NCBI GenBank assembly: GCA_964016885.1
Contig: OZ024742.1
Span: 308,760,001-308,824,000, forward strand
DNA from: Eledone cirrhosa
Taxonomy: Eukaryota
Direction of reading: 5' to 3'
Length of the DNA: 64,000 nucleotides
The notes beneath the pieces were generated by a model, which made no database searches, was not told where the DNA came from, and was given only the letters and a program-made list of their open reading frames with translations. How positions within the stretch are numbered: position 1 is the stretch's first letter; each line of letters starts with the position of its first letter. The position numbers and the translations under genes were made by a program. Shown here piece by piece: positions 25,509-38,511 of the stretch.

Positions 25509-26032
25509 CTTATGTTAAGCTGAAAACTCTTTACGGGGATGTACAGCATTTCGATGATTATGGTTATTCACATGAAATAATTTTACTTGAAAAAGAATAT
25601 TCAATTTCATATGTAACATGCTAAAATACTGTCATTATATTTGGTAAAACATATACTGACATCCTCTTTCTTTCTTCAAGTAAGCATAAAGCACAACATT
25701 TCTTTAGTCAAGGGATTTATGATTATAAGTTATTTACTATGGAATATATTTTATTTTATCATTTCGATGTTTTGCTCGAAATATAAAACGCGGTTTTGCT
25801 GAATAACATTCAATATTTAATTATATTGACTAGAAATTTATTGATCAAATTGCTCGCGCCAAAAATACCTTTGAGAAAAACAAACTCCACATAATCTCAT
25901 TTACTGCTCCCATCTCTACGAATATTTTTAGACTGTTATAATATTTCTTCCTATAAATTCCACGACCTAGTTTCCATTTTACCCTTTAAGATATTTCCCG
26001 TCCCTTGAACCTGATGACTCTTGATCTAATTC

Positions 26033-26112
<80 letters not shown>

Positions 26113-26137
26113 GTATATATATATATGTATATATATA

Positions 26138-26326
26138 AGGAAAAGTATGACCCCGACGGCAGAGCTCAAGCCGTTTCGACGGCTATTTCAGTCCAGAAAT
26201 AGCCGTCGAAACGGCTTGAGCTCTGCCGTCGGGGTCATACTTTTTCCTATTTCCCACTCTACTACCCTGAGTATTGAGTACTCTGGTGCGTTATGGTCCA
26301 TTTGGTTCCTTACCACAATTCCTTTG

Positions 26327-26328
<2 letters not shown>
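26138..26328 (+). mobile_element. Fold-back element, family A
   Basis: ~52-bp inverted arms plus tail, between long (TA)n tracts. Confidence 0.85.
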
Positions 26329-26390
<62 letters not shown>

Positions 26391-26392
<2 letters not shown>

Positions 26393-26650
26393 GTGGAAAA
26401 GTAAGAAATCGGAGAACAGGCCGTTAATACATGTTTATTTAAATAAACATGTATTAACGGCCTGTTCTCCGATTTCTTACTTTTCCACGTGCTTACACTC
26501 TGCTAACTCTTTCGCCCACTAGATATTAACACATCTAATATTTAATACTGCCGGCACTAGTATTGAGCACCTTCTGCATACGCTATTTGGCAAATAACTA
26601 CATGTATCACCTATCCTTCCTTTTTTTCTCTCTCTCGATACGTAAATACT
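26391..26650 (+). mobile_element. Fold-back element, family E
   Basis: Perfect 100-bp palindrome 26391-26490 centred on TTATTTAAATAA; 160-bp tail with ACTCtg...tatTGAGCAC. Confidence 0.8.
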
Positions 26651-27012
26651 ATATATATATATATATATATAAAAAACATGAGAAGAAAGAAGAATACTGC
26701 GTGGTTGCACATGGGCTACATATGATAAAATAGTCCTTCGTCAGTGATTTGCCAACCATCATTGATAATTCATCGCATTAAAAATCATATACCTCAGGTT
26801 GGTGTGAGCAATAGCTAAATAAAGCTATTGGGACAAGTAAATCGCGTAAAGCGAGTGAGACAAGTAAACAACATAGAAGGATGAAAGCAACGTAAAGATA
26901 GGAATAAACAAGCAACATGGTTATCCGGTCAGCATAAGCTGGGTGGATTTCATGAGCGATCGCGATACAGACCGTCTGATGTGAGTGAGATGTGAGCAAG
27001 AAGAGAACCCAC

Positions 27013-27124
27013 TACAAGCCAAACGGGAGGAAGTGAGAAGGGGAGAAACAGAGAGTTATATATATATATATATATATATAACTCTCTGTTTCTCCCCTTC
27101 TCACTTCCTCCCGTTTGGCTTGTA
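27013..27124. repeat. Perfect palindrome centred on (TA)12
   Basis: 44-bp arms at 27013-27056 and 27081-27124. Confidence 0.9.
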
Positions 27125-27130
27125 TATATA

Positions 27131-27340
27131 TAAAATAAAATGAGGGGGTTTAATTAAAAGAAACGAGATGTCCTACACGGATAAAAGTATAAGGAAAAGA
27201 AATCGAAAATGTAACTGGAGTCTTTTTAAGAATGTTTATTTATTTCCTTTACTGGTTTCACAGTTCTTATGCTTTTCAAAAGGGAATAAATAAATGTTCT
27301 TAAAAAGACTCCAGTTGAATTTTCGATTTATTTTCCTTAT
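27131..27340 (-). mobile_element. Fold-back element, family F, with a degenerate hammerhead forming the loop
   Basis: Arms ~27188-27250 and 27279-27340; minus strand 27246-27283 reads cctt-tTGAAaA-gca..tgt-GAAAC ca GTA-aagg. Confidence 0.65.
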
Positions 27341-27350
27341 ATATATATGC

Positions 27351-27416
<66 letters not shown>

Positions 27417-27445
27417 GGCGTCGTTGTAATACTGACTAAATTACG

Positions 27446-27476
<31 letters not shown>

Positions 27477-27499
27477 ATTTATATATATATATATATATA

Positions 27500-27748
27500 C
27501 GTAATTTAGACAGTATTACAACGACGCCATACCAAGTACGTATGTTTCGTTGATCATTGACAACCAACTTGTTCAACCTGTGCCGATGAAAAGGAACCGG
27601 TTCTTTTTCATCGGTACAGCTTTAACAAGCTGGTCTTCAATGATCACCGAAGCGTACGTATATGGTATGGTGTCATTGTAGTACAGGCCTAATTAGTTAT
27701 AGTCAAACTCGTCCTACAGACTTGAGTTGCTCTACATCTTGTATTACT
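27500..27748 (+). mobile_element. Fold-back element, family G
   Basis: Diverged ~98-bp arms centred on AACCGGTT; hammerhead 3' half GAAAC gtac GTA; tail ACTCgtcctacagactTGAGTTGCT. Confidence 0.7.
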
Positions 27749-27984
27749 ATATATACGTATATATATATATATATATATACATAATAAAATATATGATATT
27801 TAAAAAAATGTACTTAGTTGAGAGGTCAAATTTTGTTGAGATATACCAAGAAAATTTAAGATTCGATGTGTGTCTATAATCCTCAAAGAGAACGAACCGA
27901 TTCATGCCTCCATAACTCCCGAGGGAGTTGTAGGTACGCATACGGTGTTTTTAGGTATTTTGTAAAACCTAGCGGAGCCTAATC

Positions 27985-28225
27985 ATCTCCAGGTCTAAAT
28001 GTTGAAGATTTCTTCCACAAAAGGAAAGAGAGTGAGAGAATGGAAGTCAGAAAGAGATATAGAAGAAAATTCGACCCCAGTACATGACTGGTACATTTTT
28101 TATCAAAGAATGGATGAAAGGCAAAGTTGACCTCGGTGGAACTTGAATTCAGAGAGCAGAAGGCTGAAACAAATATAGCAAAGCATTCTATCCAACGTTC
28201 TAACGACTCTGCCAATTCGCCGACT
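27985..28225 (-). mobile_element. Meta-like SINE variant with an alternative 3' tail
   Basis: Meta-like core plus a tail shared with 23350-23560 and 55898-56240. Confidence 0.6.
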
Positions 28226-28239
28226 CCTAAAATTAATAT

Positions 28240-28540
28240 CATGGCTTTGTAGTTAGAGTATTCGGCTCCCAATCGTATGGTCGTGAGTTCGATTACCGGC
28301 AACGCGTTTTGTCCTTGAGCAAGACACTTTATTTCACGTTGTTCCAATCCATTCAGCTGGCAAATATGAGTTGTACCTACCTTGTCGTATTCTGTGTCAC
28401 GCTGAATCTCCTTGAGAACTACATTAAGAGTACGCGTCTCTATGGAATGCTCAGTCACTCTCATGTTAATTTCACGAGCAGGCTGTTCTGTTAATCGGAT
28501 CATCTGGAACACTCGTTGTCGTAACCAACGGAGTACCAAA
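28240..28540 (+). mobile_element. CORE-type tRNA SINE
   Basis: Homologous to 24445-24745. Confidence 0.7.
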
Positions 28541-29338
28541 TTTCTTTTTAATCCTTAATATCTACGCCCAATTCTTGCAACTCAGAATGTCACTGCCTCA
28601 CCCCATCCTATCAAATTCTCCCTGACCATGTTTATCCTGCTACCATCAACTTGCAGTTAATCAAGTGGAAACTTAACGTTATCGACCCCATCGATTTCTG
28701 AGGGCCTGTAAATGCCTATACTATGAAAGCCGTTTCTCCAAGCCAAACCAATAAATAAATAAAAAAGAAATTTATAAATTAAACTATAATGCTTAAAATA
28801 TTTCAATAATGATTTCTAACAAAAATATAAGGGATGTATATAATTGATTTGATCGATCCCAAGTATTGACTGAAACGTATTTGTATTATCGATTCTAGTT
28901 GGATAATATGCGAAATCGAACTTAGCGGAATGCGAATAGTTGCAACAAAAAAGCACGTAATTATATACTGCGAGAAATTTAGTGACGAACGCACTACATC
29001 TTTTATCACTTCGCCGCCTTTGAAAATGTCAGTAATGTGTTTGTTTAAACGTAACAAATATTGCTGCACCAGAATGCTAACATTTTAAAGGATGCACTGA
29101 CAGAATACTATAAAATAATTTAAATATTATAACATCAAATTATTTGTTCCTGTCTCTCAATCATTAATATAAGTAGATGTTTTAGTGCAAAATATATAGT
29201 TATATATATATATAGTTATATATAAATATAAATTTATATGTGTGTGTGTGTGAGAGTGTGTGTATGCGTATGTGTGCGTATGTGTGTGTGTATGCGTGTG
29301 TATGCTAAGAGCGTAAACAAATGTTATTATATATATAG

Positions 29339-29427
<89 letters not shown>

Positions 29428-30270
29428 GGAGAGAGAGAGAGAGTTGCTACTAGTGTGTTATTTCTTTACTTTCACTATCAATTTCAGAAAATAATTTGTT
29501 GATAGATCTTTTATTTTTGTTCGTATTTTCCGTGTTCAGTCCTACACTTTGATTTGCTTTGTGCTTTGTATTTTCTACATTTTTGAAATTTAGAATATTT
29601 TGTTGTTCTCTTAAATATGATTAACAACTTTTATACATTTGGTTTGATGTTGTATTCTCAAACACCTAAAACAAAACAAATACGACATCAATTAGATTTA
29701 AGTTTTAAAAAAAGAGAAATGTTTCAGAAAACATTATATATATAAAAGAAAATTCTCTTTCTGGAATATGGTGAAAAATATGCTCGTGGATCTATCTACC
29801 ATTACTTCTAATCCACCGGCTATGAATGAGAAACATAATACAACTATTGTTTTATGCGTATATAACACACTAAAAGAAGCATTGTTGCTTATCGGAAGTG
29901 CTCTGTCCGAAAAGTTAGAATTTTAGCTTCCCCCTGAAAGGATGATGATTGACAGAGGACCTCTGTCGATTTCGAGGATGAGTTTTTCAGTTGTTCGAAC
30001 AACGGAACAGGCCGCTCATGAAATTACGTGTAAGTGTCTGCTGCCACTTCGAATACAGGTACAGTAGCCCATCCCACAAGCTTCTAAACAGCTTTCCTCT
30101 ACCAAATTTCTCTCAAAAGCATGGATCGACTTGGAGCTATGATAAATGACAATTTCCCAAGATAACACGCAGTAAGATCAAACTCGATACCTAATGATTG
30201 TTAAGTGAACCCCTTCTCCAGTTAACCATGCTGCGTCCACTCGCTCTACAATACAAACACATTCAACACT

Positions 30271-30420
30271 GTGAAGGCGCATGGCTTAGTGGTTAGAGCA
30301 TTGGGCTTGCAATCGAAAGGTTGTGAGTTCAATTCTCGGACCGGGTGATGTGTTGTTTCCTTGAGCAACACACTTTATTTCACGTTGCTCCACTTTACTC
30401 AGCTGTAGAAATGAGATGAT
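30271..30420 (+). mobile_element. CORE-type tRNA SINE, 5' part
   Basis: gtgaaggcgcatggcttagtggttagagc...gagttcaattc...ccttgagcaacacactttatttcacgttgctcc. Confidence 0.7.
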
Positions 30421-31569
30421 AGGACTGGGGGTCCATATCATTAAATCACCCAGGACACCGCCAACGAGATATACCTTGGAGGAGGCTAGCTAAACCTGCA
30501 TAGGTGTGAGCTGTAACACACACACACACACACATTCAGCATAATAACAAAGGAGGTTTTATGCTCTCCACCAACCTAAAAGAAATAGCAGTCAAATCTC
30601 ATTTAATATATTTAGGACCGGTAATGTACTTTAGGAAATTCGTAAATTTTAACCTTTCATTGCAAACCTTTTTTGGGGGGAGTAATAGTCCAAATCCGAT
30701 ATTTTTAATTTCAATTCTGTAAAAATCAGAATTATGTAAGGTTAATTGAATATCAATTGAAAATCTGTACAATCACATTTTCCATTTCACCTAGTTAAAC
30801 AAATGTTTCCTGGTAACATGATATAAATCTCTTTTCTATATTAAAAATGATACGCTTCATGCCTAGCTGGAGAAGATAACGAGAAATCATTCTAGTGAAT
30901 CTACGATAAATAGAATCATAGCGAACTCTATCTAGAAATTGATATGTTACTTAAAACAAAGTAGTTTACATATGAGTAAACACAATATCAGGATATTACT
31001 CTTGTGAGTAAAAGATCCCAACTGAAACGAAATACCGAAATACATGGTAAACAATTTATTACAGCCAGACAGAATATTCTCGATTGAATAACTACGAAGA
31101 TAAGTTTACATTACAAAACACAAATATCAGATATAGTAACTGATGTAACTGCAGCAAGTAAAATTTCGATTTATGTATGTTTATTATTATTATGAAATAC
31201 CTGTGTCATATGGAAGCAGCATAGGCGAATGATTAAGAAATTCGCTTCACAGTCATAAGATTTCAGATTCGAAACCACAGAGTGGCATCTTAATTAAGTC
31301 TCTTTTATTGTGGTTTCGCGTCAACCCAAGACTTATGAGGGAAATTGGGTGGTCGAAAATGGTTTGGAAGCCAGCCTCATGGACTCTGATAGTAATTTGA
31401 AATGCGAGCCTTGTCACTCACAGTGTTACGCTGAATCTCCCTCAGAATTACGTTATAGTTACATATATTCGTGCAATACTCAGCCACTTACAAATAAATT
31501 TAACAAGTAAGCTTACTTGTTCAATTATTCGAAGACCTGGAATATATCGTTAAATCCGAAGGTGGTTAA

Positions 31570-31830
31570 TACTGGGTGAGTCAAAAGAAGCGCCCAGTTT
31601 CTGGGAGGTCATGCTAATGTTGTTGGTGTTGATAATAGGTTACTTGGTGTGGTTAATACCTTTCTCTGTTTGAGGAAATTAATAGCGAACTCTGCAAGTG
31701 TGTGTCACTCTGTGCCTGCTCGATTGCAATTGTGCATTGAGCACGAGAGAGGACACTGTCAACATTGAAAGTAAAACAGCCTGTTACAATTCCTTATTCC
31801 CTGAATAAATGAAATAATTTGAAATAATTA
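31570..31830 (+). mobile_element. Tc1/mariner remnant
   Basis: Begins ta-ctgggtgagtcaaaa; translates to ASVCHSVPARLQLCIEHERGHCQH*, like a mariner/Tc1 transposase C-terminus. Confidence 0.5.
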
Positions 31831-32676
31831 ATTTGAAAACATGTTTTGTTTTGTTTTGTTTTGTTTTGTTTTGTTTTGTCTTTTTGGCATTTATTTCTAT
31901 CTTCTTGCACACTGTATTAAAATGGCAAACAAATAACAAACTTTTTTTAATGTGTCGTAAATGTTTTAGAGTGGAAACTGAATCTTTGTACCATTCATAT
32001 ATTCTCTATTATGTAAGACGCCAAGATATGTGGCTTATTGGTTAAAATGTTAAGCTTACAATCTTAAAGTTGTGAGTTCGATTCCGGACCGGGAGGCGTA
32101 AAGTAACACACTTTAATTCACGTTGCTCTAGTCCAATCGGTTGACAAAAATACGGTGTACCTGGAACGTAAATGTTCAGCCCTGTCACACACACTGCGTC
32201 ATAATGCATCATCCTGATAACTACGTTAAGCATACACATGTCTGGGGAATTCTCGGTAACTCACACGTTAATTACATGAGCAGGCGGTTCTGCTGTTCGA
32301 ACAACTACAACAATCGTACGGAGCCGACGGAGGTCGAACACATTATTATGTAATTATATATGGCAAAGTTTTGACATTGTTGATATATTGAATAGTCTGG
32401 GCTTTTTACCTTAGTCATTTATAAAATGAAATGTAGAAGAGATTTATATGTACGAAAAATTATTATTCGCCATTCTTAGTCGTAGGTTACTTCAGCTTTC
32501 TGGAGGCAGTCATCCATGTGATTAAGAAATCATAACGATGTATATTCTATTATTGACTTTGGTGATAGATTTGGTCAGGGAGTGAGCAATACTATGGATC
32601 AATAGCTTTGTTAATTGATTTTAGAGGCTAGTGAGTGGTGGCCATTTTGATAACACACACACACACACACACAGAT

Positions 32677-32754
<78 letters not shown>

Positions 32755-32990
32755 TGTGTTGGGGGGTGTAAATCGTAAATAGAAATAACAAAGCAAACGA
32801 CACAGTACAAAGCAGAAATATACTGATTTAACAGTTGAAATAATAGGAAAAGTCTTAAATTTTAGGACACAAGTCCCTCATCGGAAGATAGAATGTGAAA
32901 TAAACGATGAAATAGAAAGATAGACAGAGAGAAGTGGATGGAACTAGAAAAGTTGAGAAAAATATACACATACGTATTCAGTCAGCCATT
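32755..32990 (-). mobile_element. Family H element with decayed hammerhead (32851-32888)
   Basis: Homologous to 60990-61150; minus strand reads CcGATGA gggac ttgt gtcct aAAA. Confidence 0.5.
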
Positions 32991-33048
32991 GTGTATATAT
33001 ATATATATATATATGTGTGTGTGGGGTGTATATATATATATGTGTGTG

Positions 33049-33134
<86 letters not shown>

Positions 33135-33142
<8 letters not shown>

Positions 33143-33529
33143 AGAAAACGAAAAATCAGAATGCATCTGGACTTAGTTTATTTCGTGTTACAAATGTTTC
33201 GCCGGCATGTAGCTCGAGTCATGGTCCTTGTATGGATCTTGCTGATTCTACTTCTGCGGGTACTTTCAGACATGAGTGATAAAATTTGCTCCGGACATAG
33301 CACCCGTGTCTGAAAGAACCCGCAGAAGTAGAATCAGCCAGATCCATACAAAGACCATGACTCGAGCTACATGCCGGCGAAACATTTGTAACACGAAATA
33401 AACTAAGTCCAGATGCATCACTGATTTTTCGTTTTCTTTATAATATCTACACTCTATTCTGAGGAATATCGAGTGCTAATTTTGGCATACCGCCTATGGA
33501 AGCACCATAGCTACCACTATACACAACTG
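33135..33529 (+). mobile_element. Fold-back element, family B
   Basis: ~140-bp inverted arms and an 83-bp tail with the ACTC...GAGTGCT motif; (TA)n flanks. Confidence 0.85.
33305..33395 (+). ncRNA. Variant type I hammerhead ribozyme
   Basis: cgtgt-CTGAAAGA-long stem II-GAAAC attt GTA-acacg. Confidence 0.6.
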
Positions 33530-33848
33530 TATATATATATTAGGGGTAATATATTTTAAAGGGATTTGTTCGTCTATTAATTTGGCCGGTAATTGGCCGA
33601 AGTGCCATATGATAGCTAATGGTTCTTTCTGTCCGTTTATTTCCTTTCTCTGCGTTGACCTTGAAGGCTAGTCGCATTCTTAGGGACGGTCAACATAGGT
33701 AAGTCCAGTTTTGTTAATTAATTTTGCAAAATCTCTATTTGCGAGTTTGATCTTATTTGTACAACTAGGTTTGTGTATATATGATTTAATCTAAATCATG
33801 TTTTGCATTCGTGTGTGTATATTATATGTGTATGTAAATACTGAGATT

Positions 33849-34180
33849 GTGAAGGCGCATGGCTTAGTGGTTAGACCATTGGGCTTGAAATAGTAAGGTT
33901 GTGAGTTCCATTCTCGGACCGGGTGATGCGTTGTGTCCTGTCCTTGAGCAAGGCACTTTATTTCACGTTGCTCCAGTTTACTCAGCTATAGAAATGAGTT
34001 GCGACGTCACTGGTGCCAAGCTGTATCGGCCATAGCCTTTCCCTTGGACATCATCAGTGGCGTGGAAAGGGGAGACCTGTATGCATGGGCGACTACTCGT
34101 CTTCCACAAACAACCTTGCTCTGACTTGTGCCTTGGAGGGAAACTTTCTAGGTCATTCGTGACCGACGGGAGTCTTTATC
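33849..34180 (+). mobile_element. CORE-type tRNA SINE
   Basis: Same head and core as 30271. Confidence 0.7.
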
Positions 34181-34666
34181 TTTCACCTTGCCTTAGATCA
34201 CCTAGGGGCTCGATCCTTGTAAGGACATGGCACTTCATGCCATTTTAACAGATTTTCCTCCACCTATTACGGTTAGCAGCATATTCCTCAAATACTGATG
34301 ACTGTATTCCAATATGCTTTATATTTTTCTTCAGTTTATCTTTGTATCTAAGAAGAAGTCTTCCTATGTTTCGCACCTCCGCTTAAAGTTGGCCATAAGT
34401 GGAAATTGTAGGCCGTCTATCATCATTCATCCTAGCAAAAAAGCTAGCCCACCGTAATCGAGACTTTATTAAGAAGGCCTCAGTGACATGTATAACAGAT
34501 TTATGAAAGAACTGTTTATTTGAGGCTTTGTATATGTATAATATACATATATAAATGAATTATATATATATTGTATTTATGTACGTATGTATGTGTATAT
34601 ATATATGTGTGTGTGTATATATATATACTGTATATATAAGTATGTATGTATATATATATAAACAAA

Positions 34667-35315
34667 TAATAGCTTTCACTGTATTTTTGACTAAAGGAAT
34701 TTTAGCCTGATAATGGGGTTTAGAACCCTCAGATAAATGGAAAAAGATGAGTATTGACGTACATGGAAGTCGAACCCACATCTTTGGTTATCGCGACCGC
34801 TGTGCTACCATTACACCAACACATCACCCTTCTCTTTCCATTCAAATTAGAAACTACATTCTTAGCGAGTTTAAATGGCAAGTAAGTATGTTTTGAAACA
34901 GTTAGCAGGTTTGAAATTAGAAAATAGAATAGCTTTCACCGTATTTTTGACTAAAGGAATTTTAGCCTGATGATGGGGTTTAGAACCCTCAGATAAATGG
35001 AAAAAGATGAGTATTGACGTACATGGGAGTCGAACCCACATACTTACTTGCCATTTAAACTCGCTAAGAATGTAGTTTCTAATTTGAATGGAAAGAGATG
35101 GGTGATGTGTTGGTGTAATGGTAGCACAGTGGTCGCGATAACCAAAGATGTGGGTTCGACTCCCATGTACGTCAATACTCATCTTTTTCCATTTATCTGA
35201 GGGTTCTAAACCCCATTATCAGGCTAAAATTCCTTTAGTCAAAAATACGGTGAAAGCTATTCTATTTTCTAATTTCAAACCTGCTCACTGTTTCAAAACA
35301 TACTTACTTGCCATA
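34667..35315. mobile_element. Tandem plus inverted ~260-bp repeat containing a tRNA-like cloverleaf (family I)
   Basis: About 1.4 units in one orientation (34667-35040) followed by one inverted unit bounded by atacttacttgccat (35040-35314); TA-rich flanks. Confidence 0.8.
35104..35174 (+). tRNA. tRNA-like sequence (pseudo-tRNA or SINE head); mirror copy at 34755-34825 on the minus strand
   Basis: Acceptor gatgtgt/gtacgtc, D arm gtgt-aatggta-gcac, anticodon arm tggt-cgcgata-acca (lacks U33), T arm gtggg-ttcgact-cccat. Confidence 0.55.
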
Positions 35316-36054
35316 TAAACATATATATAAATATGTATATGTGTGTGTGTGTGTGCATGTGTGTGTTTGTATGCACTTATAGATACACACACACAGTTTC
35401 TGAGTAAAGGTGACTGTATTTATTGTTGTTCCAGTCGAATAATCAATATTGAAACGAAATTTAAATACCATTTTACACATGAAAGAGGAAACGTCCGGTC
35501 TGTATCCTCTTAAGACCAAACTTAGTTACCTTAGCAACAACAATGCGTCTTAATCGAATGTCTCGGCACACTGATTCGTTTATCTATTTATTGTATTTAC
35601 AAATAATCAGTAAATTGTTTTTATATCATCAAACTTGTTCAATGAATAATTCAAATATTCCGTTACTATTCCCTTCGTCTATAAAGAAGTAAACTGCCAT
35701 AGAAACATATCCAAATTAACATTAATGTGTAAAGGGATAGCATTCTATAGATAGATGTACCCTTGTAAGACAGTGTGTAATAAGGTTGGCCCTTTGAATT
35801 TGAGGTATTTGAGGTACAGCCCTTCCGATGGGCTTCCAAAACGTTTCTGTTTCTCCAAATTCACTCATGAGACTTGAGCCGATGAAAAGCTATGATAAAT
35901 AACACCTGTCCAAGATGCAACATTGTGGGATCAAACCCGGTACTTAATGATTGCGAAGCGAACCACTCAAATATTTGGCCATACGTCCCCTTAGAAACCC
36001 TGATGTAGCGTTTAAAGTGATATATTTATTGATTGTAAAAAAAGAAAAATCAGT

Positions 36055-36440
36055 ATTTATTTTTTCTTCGAATATTTAATTTTATTTGGTTAAACATGTG
36101 GAAAAAGAAAGCAGTATTGGAAAGGACTATAAATGCCATAAATGAGAGGAAAAGGAAGGGAAGAGAAAGGACTATTAGACAAAGGAAGAAAGAAATGGGG
36201 AAGTGGTGATGGTATCAGACTCTACCCATAAATCAGAGCGGTGTTTCGGCTGCACCCCACGGACAAAATTGCAAAGGCATTTCTGTGAACAATGGCCAGC
36301 GATACACGCTGCAACATCCATCCCACCTCGCGGGGCTTCTTACTCAAACGGACTGCTCTCGACCCGATTATACGGAGGCTATCAACTGTTTCGGGTCCGG
36401 AGATACCTGAGGTCTCGACGGCGGCCGGACAAGCGTTTCA
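36055..36440 (-). mobile_element. 3' fragment of a CRE-type non-LTR retrotransposon (restriction-like endonuclease C-terminus)
   Basis: Minus frame reads PAAVETSGISGPETVDSLRIIGSR...PREVGWMLQRVSLAIVHRNAFAIL, like the P.AVET.G..G...L.QR.S.AI.RGNA motif. Confidence 0.7.
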
Positions 36441-37076
36441 ATATCAGTCGGCTACGTATTCTTATTCAGCAGTATTTCTACTTTAGACTTAATAATCCAC
36501 TGCAATCTATCATCCATTAATTTAAACACAGCTATAGGTTCTTTATATCTCCGTAACAAACCGAACACTTTTGTAACCCTGATTTGAAAATCGTAGTTTT
36601 CATTCTATCTATTCAACTATTCGTTTGATTATTTATATATCCTTAGATAATCTTCATTCTATAGTATTATTGTTGTTCTATAACAGAGAATGGGATGGCA
36701 ACTTTCTGATATAAAATGTGATTAAAACAAAATCTAGCGTTATGATACATTTTCATAATTTGCTAAAACGTTTCAATTTCCGGACAATTTTTTTTTATTT
36801 AAAAATCAATTTAAGAAATAATGAAAATCTTTTTCTATTATGTGTAAAATTTGTGTTGATATAGATGTGGGTGTTACACTCTGTGTGTACGTGTTTGGTC
36901 AAGTTAACATGAAGTTCGATTCTATTGATGCATGTTCCGGGTTTTCCCAATGTTTGAGTATGATGTATATGTAGAGGGAGGGCGTGAATGCAGGCGTTTG
37001 GATTTACAAACACGATGAAAATGTGTTCAATACCAATGTAGAGTGTAATACTTATATATTATATTAGTAACATTAG

Positions 37077-37270
37077 GGTGGTGGACTGGCAGTATCGGTA
37101 GAGAGTCGCGGATCATGCTCTACAGCATAGAGTTACGGCCCTTTGCGGTTTGAGTTCAAATCCTGCCGAGGTTAACTTTGCCTTTCATCCTTACGGGGTC
37201 GATAAAATAAAGAACCAGTAATGTACTGGGTAATTTCTGACCTTGTGCCAAAAGTAGAAACAATTATATT
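37077..37270 (+). mobile_element. Meta-like tRNA SINE
   Basis: Matches the family consensus. Confidence 0.8.
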
Positions 37271-37754
37271 AGTAACATTACTCTCTGCTGCTACAAATTC
37301 CGTTCACAAAGAATCGATCGGTCCGACGTTATAGCAGAAGAGAATTGTCAATAGTATCACATAGTTGGATGGAACTTGGAACCACGTGTTTGTATACAGT
37401 CCTTTTAATGTTTTATAATGGAAAGTTTTATAATGTAACTGGTTCAATATGGGAAATTCACCGTCTGAGTAACTTATATAACATCTTCCTGAAACTATTT
37501 CTTAAACATATGAAAAGTCTTGCAAGAGACTGCCAGATATGTTGATTCACCTTCCGGAAACGGTTAATCAAAAAACACTTGTATCTTTTCATGTAGTAAA
37601 TGTATAAAAACCGCCCTCATGATTATTGAATACAAATAATAAAATTCTGTCTGGGAAGTTTTGCCAATGAATTACTAACATATAGAAAAATAATAATTGA
37701 AGCATAGAAATATATTTACCGAAATAACTATTATGTATCTAATATTAACTATTA

Positions 37755-37785
<31 letters not shown>

Positions 37786-37815
37786 CTTCTTCTTCTTCTT
37801 CTTCTTCTTCTTCTT

Positions 37816-37925
37816 GGGATGGTCGTGGGTGAAAAGTCGTAAAGCATGCCTTTGATACTATTGGCATGTGGTTAGAATGTCTCAAGAAAGAATTGCTGGA
37901 CAGATTTTATGGGCAAAAGCCAACC
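37816..37925 (+). mobile_element. RTE ORF C-terminal fragment next to (CTT)n
   Basis: Translates to WHVVRMSQERIAGQILWAK. Confidence 0.6.
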
Positions 37926-38080
37926 TTCTTCTTTACCCACATATTTCTGAGAGGGTCATAGGGAAAGAGTTCTCAAACAATATTTCAATCGAGTCTATTC
38001 AGAAGCAACCATCTCCAAATGATTCAACTGGATCCTCAAGCAAGAACCACTGAGTTCATGCATGTTATCTAACCATTTTG

Positions 38081-38392
38081 CTTCTTCTTCTTCTTCTTCT
38101 TCTTCTTCTTCTTCTTCTTCTTCTTCTTCTTCTTCTTCTTCTTCTTCTTCTTCTTCTTCTTCTTCTTCTTCTTCTTCTTCTTCTTCATAAGAGTGTCGTG
38201 GGGGCAGAGTGCTCAGACACTCCTGTCAGATGCAACCGTCTCCAACTGATCCGGCTTGATCCCCAAGCGTAACCAACCAATATCATGGATGTTATCCAAC
38301 CATCTTGCTCGGGGTCTACTCCTGGGTCTCTTGCCGGTTGGTTTGGCCCATAAAAATCTGTCCAGCGATTCTTTCCTGAGAGATTCTAACCG
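38081..38392 (-). mobile_element. RTE-clade LINE 3' end with (AAG)n tail
   Basis: Minus frame LWAKPTGKRPRSRPRARWLDNI...VASDRSV followed by ~35 AAG repeats. Confidence 0.75.
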
Positions 38393-38459
38393 CTTCCGTT
38401 TGTATACCGAAATTCTTAATAAAATAGACATGTAAGCGTCTATGCATATATATATATGT

Positions 38460-38511
<52 letters not shown>

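Noticed and set aside
35040-35054. U1 snRNA 5'-like ATACTTAC
   Set aside because: No further U1 similarity; better explained as the complement of a splice donor
34960-35265. Possible hammerheads in family I (CTGATGA at ~34967; CTGAGGG...GAAAGCTA)
   Set aside because: GAAA does not directly follow stem II, stems I and III do not form, and the other copies read CTGATAA
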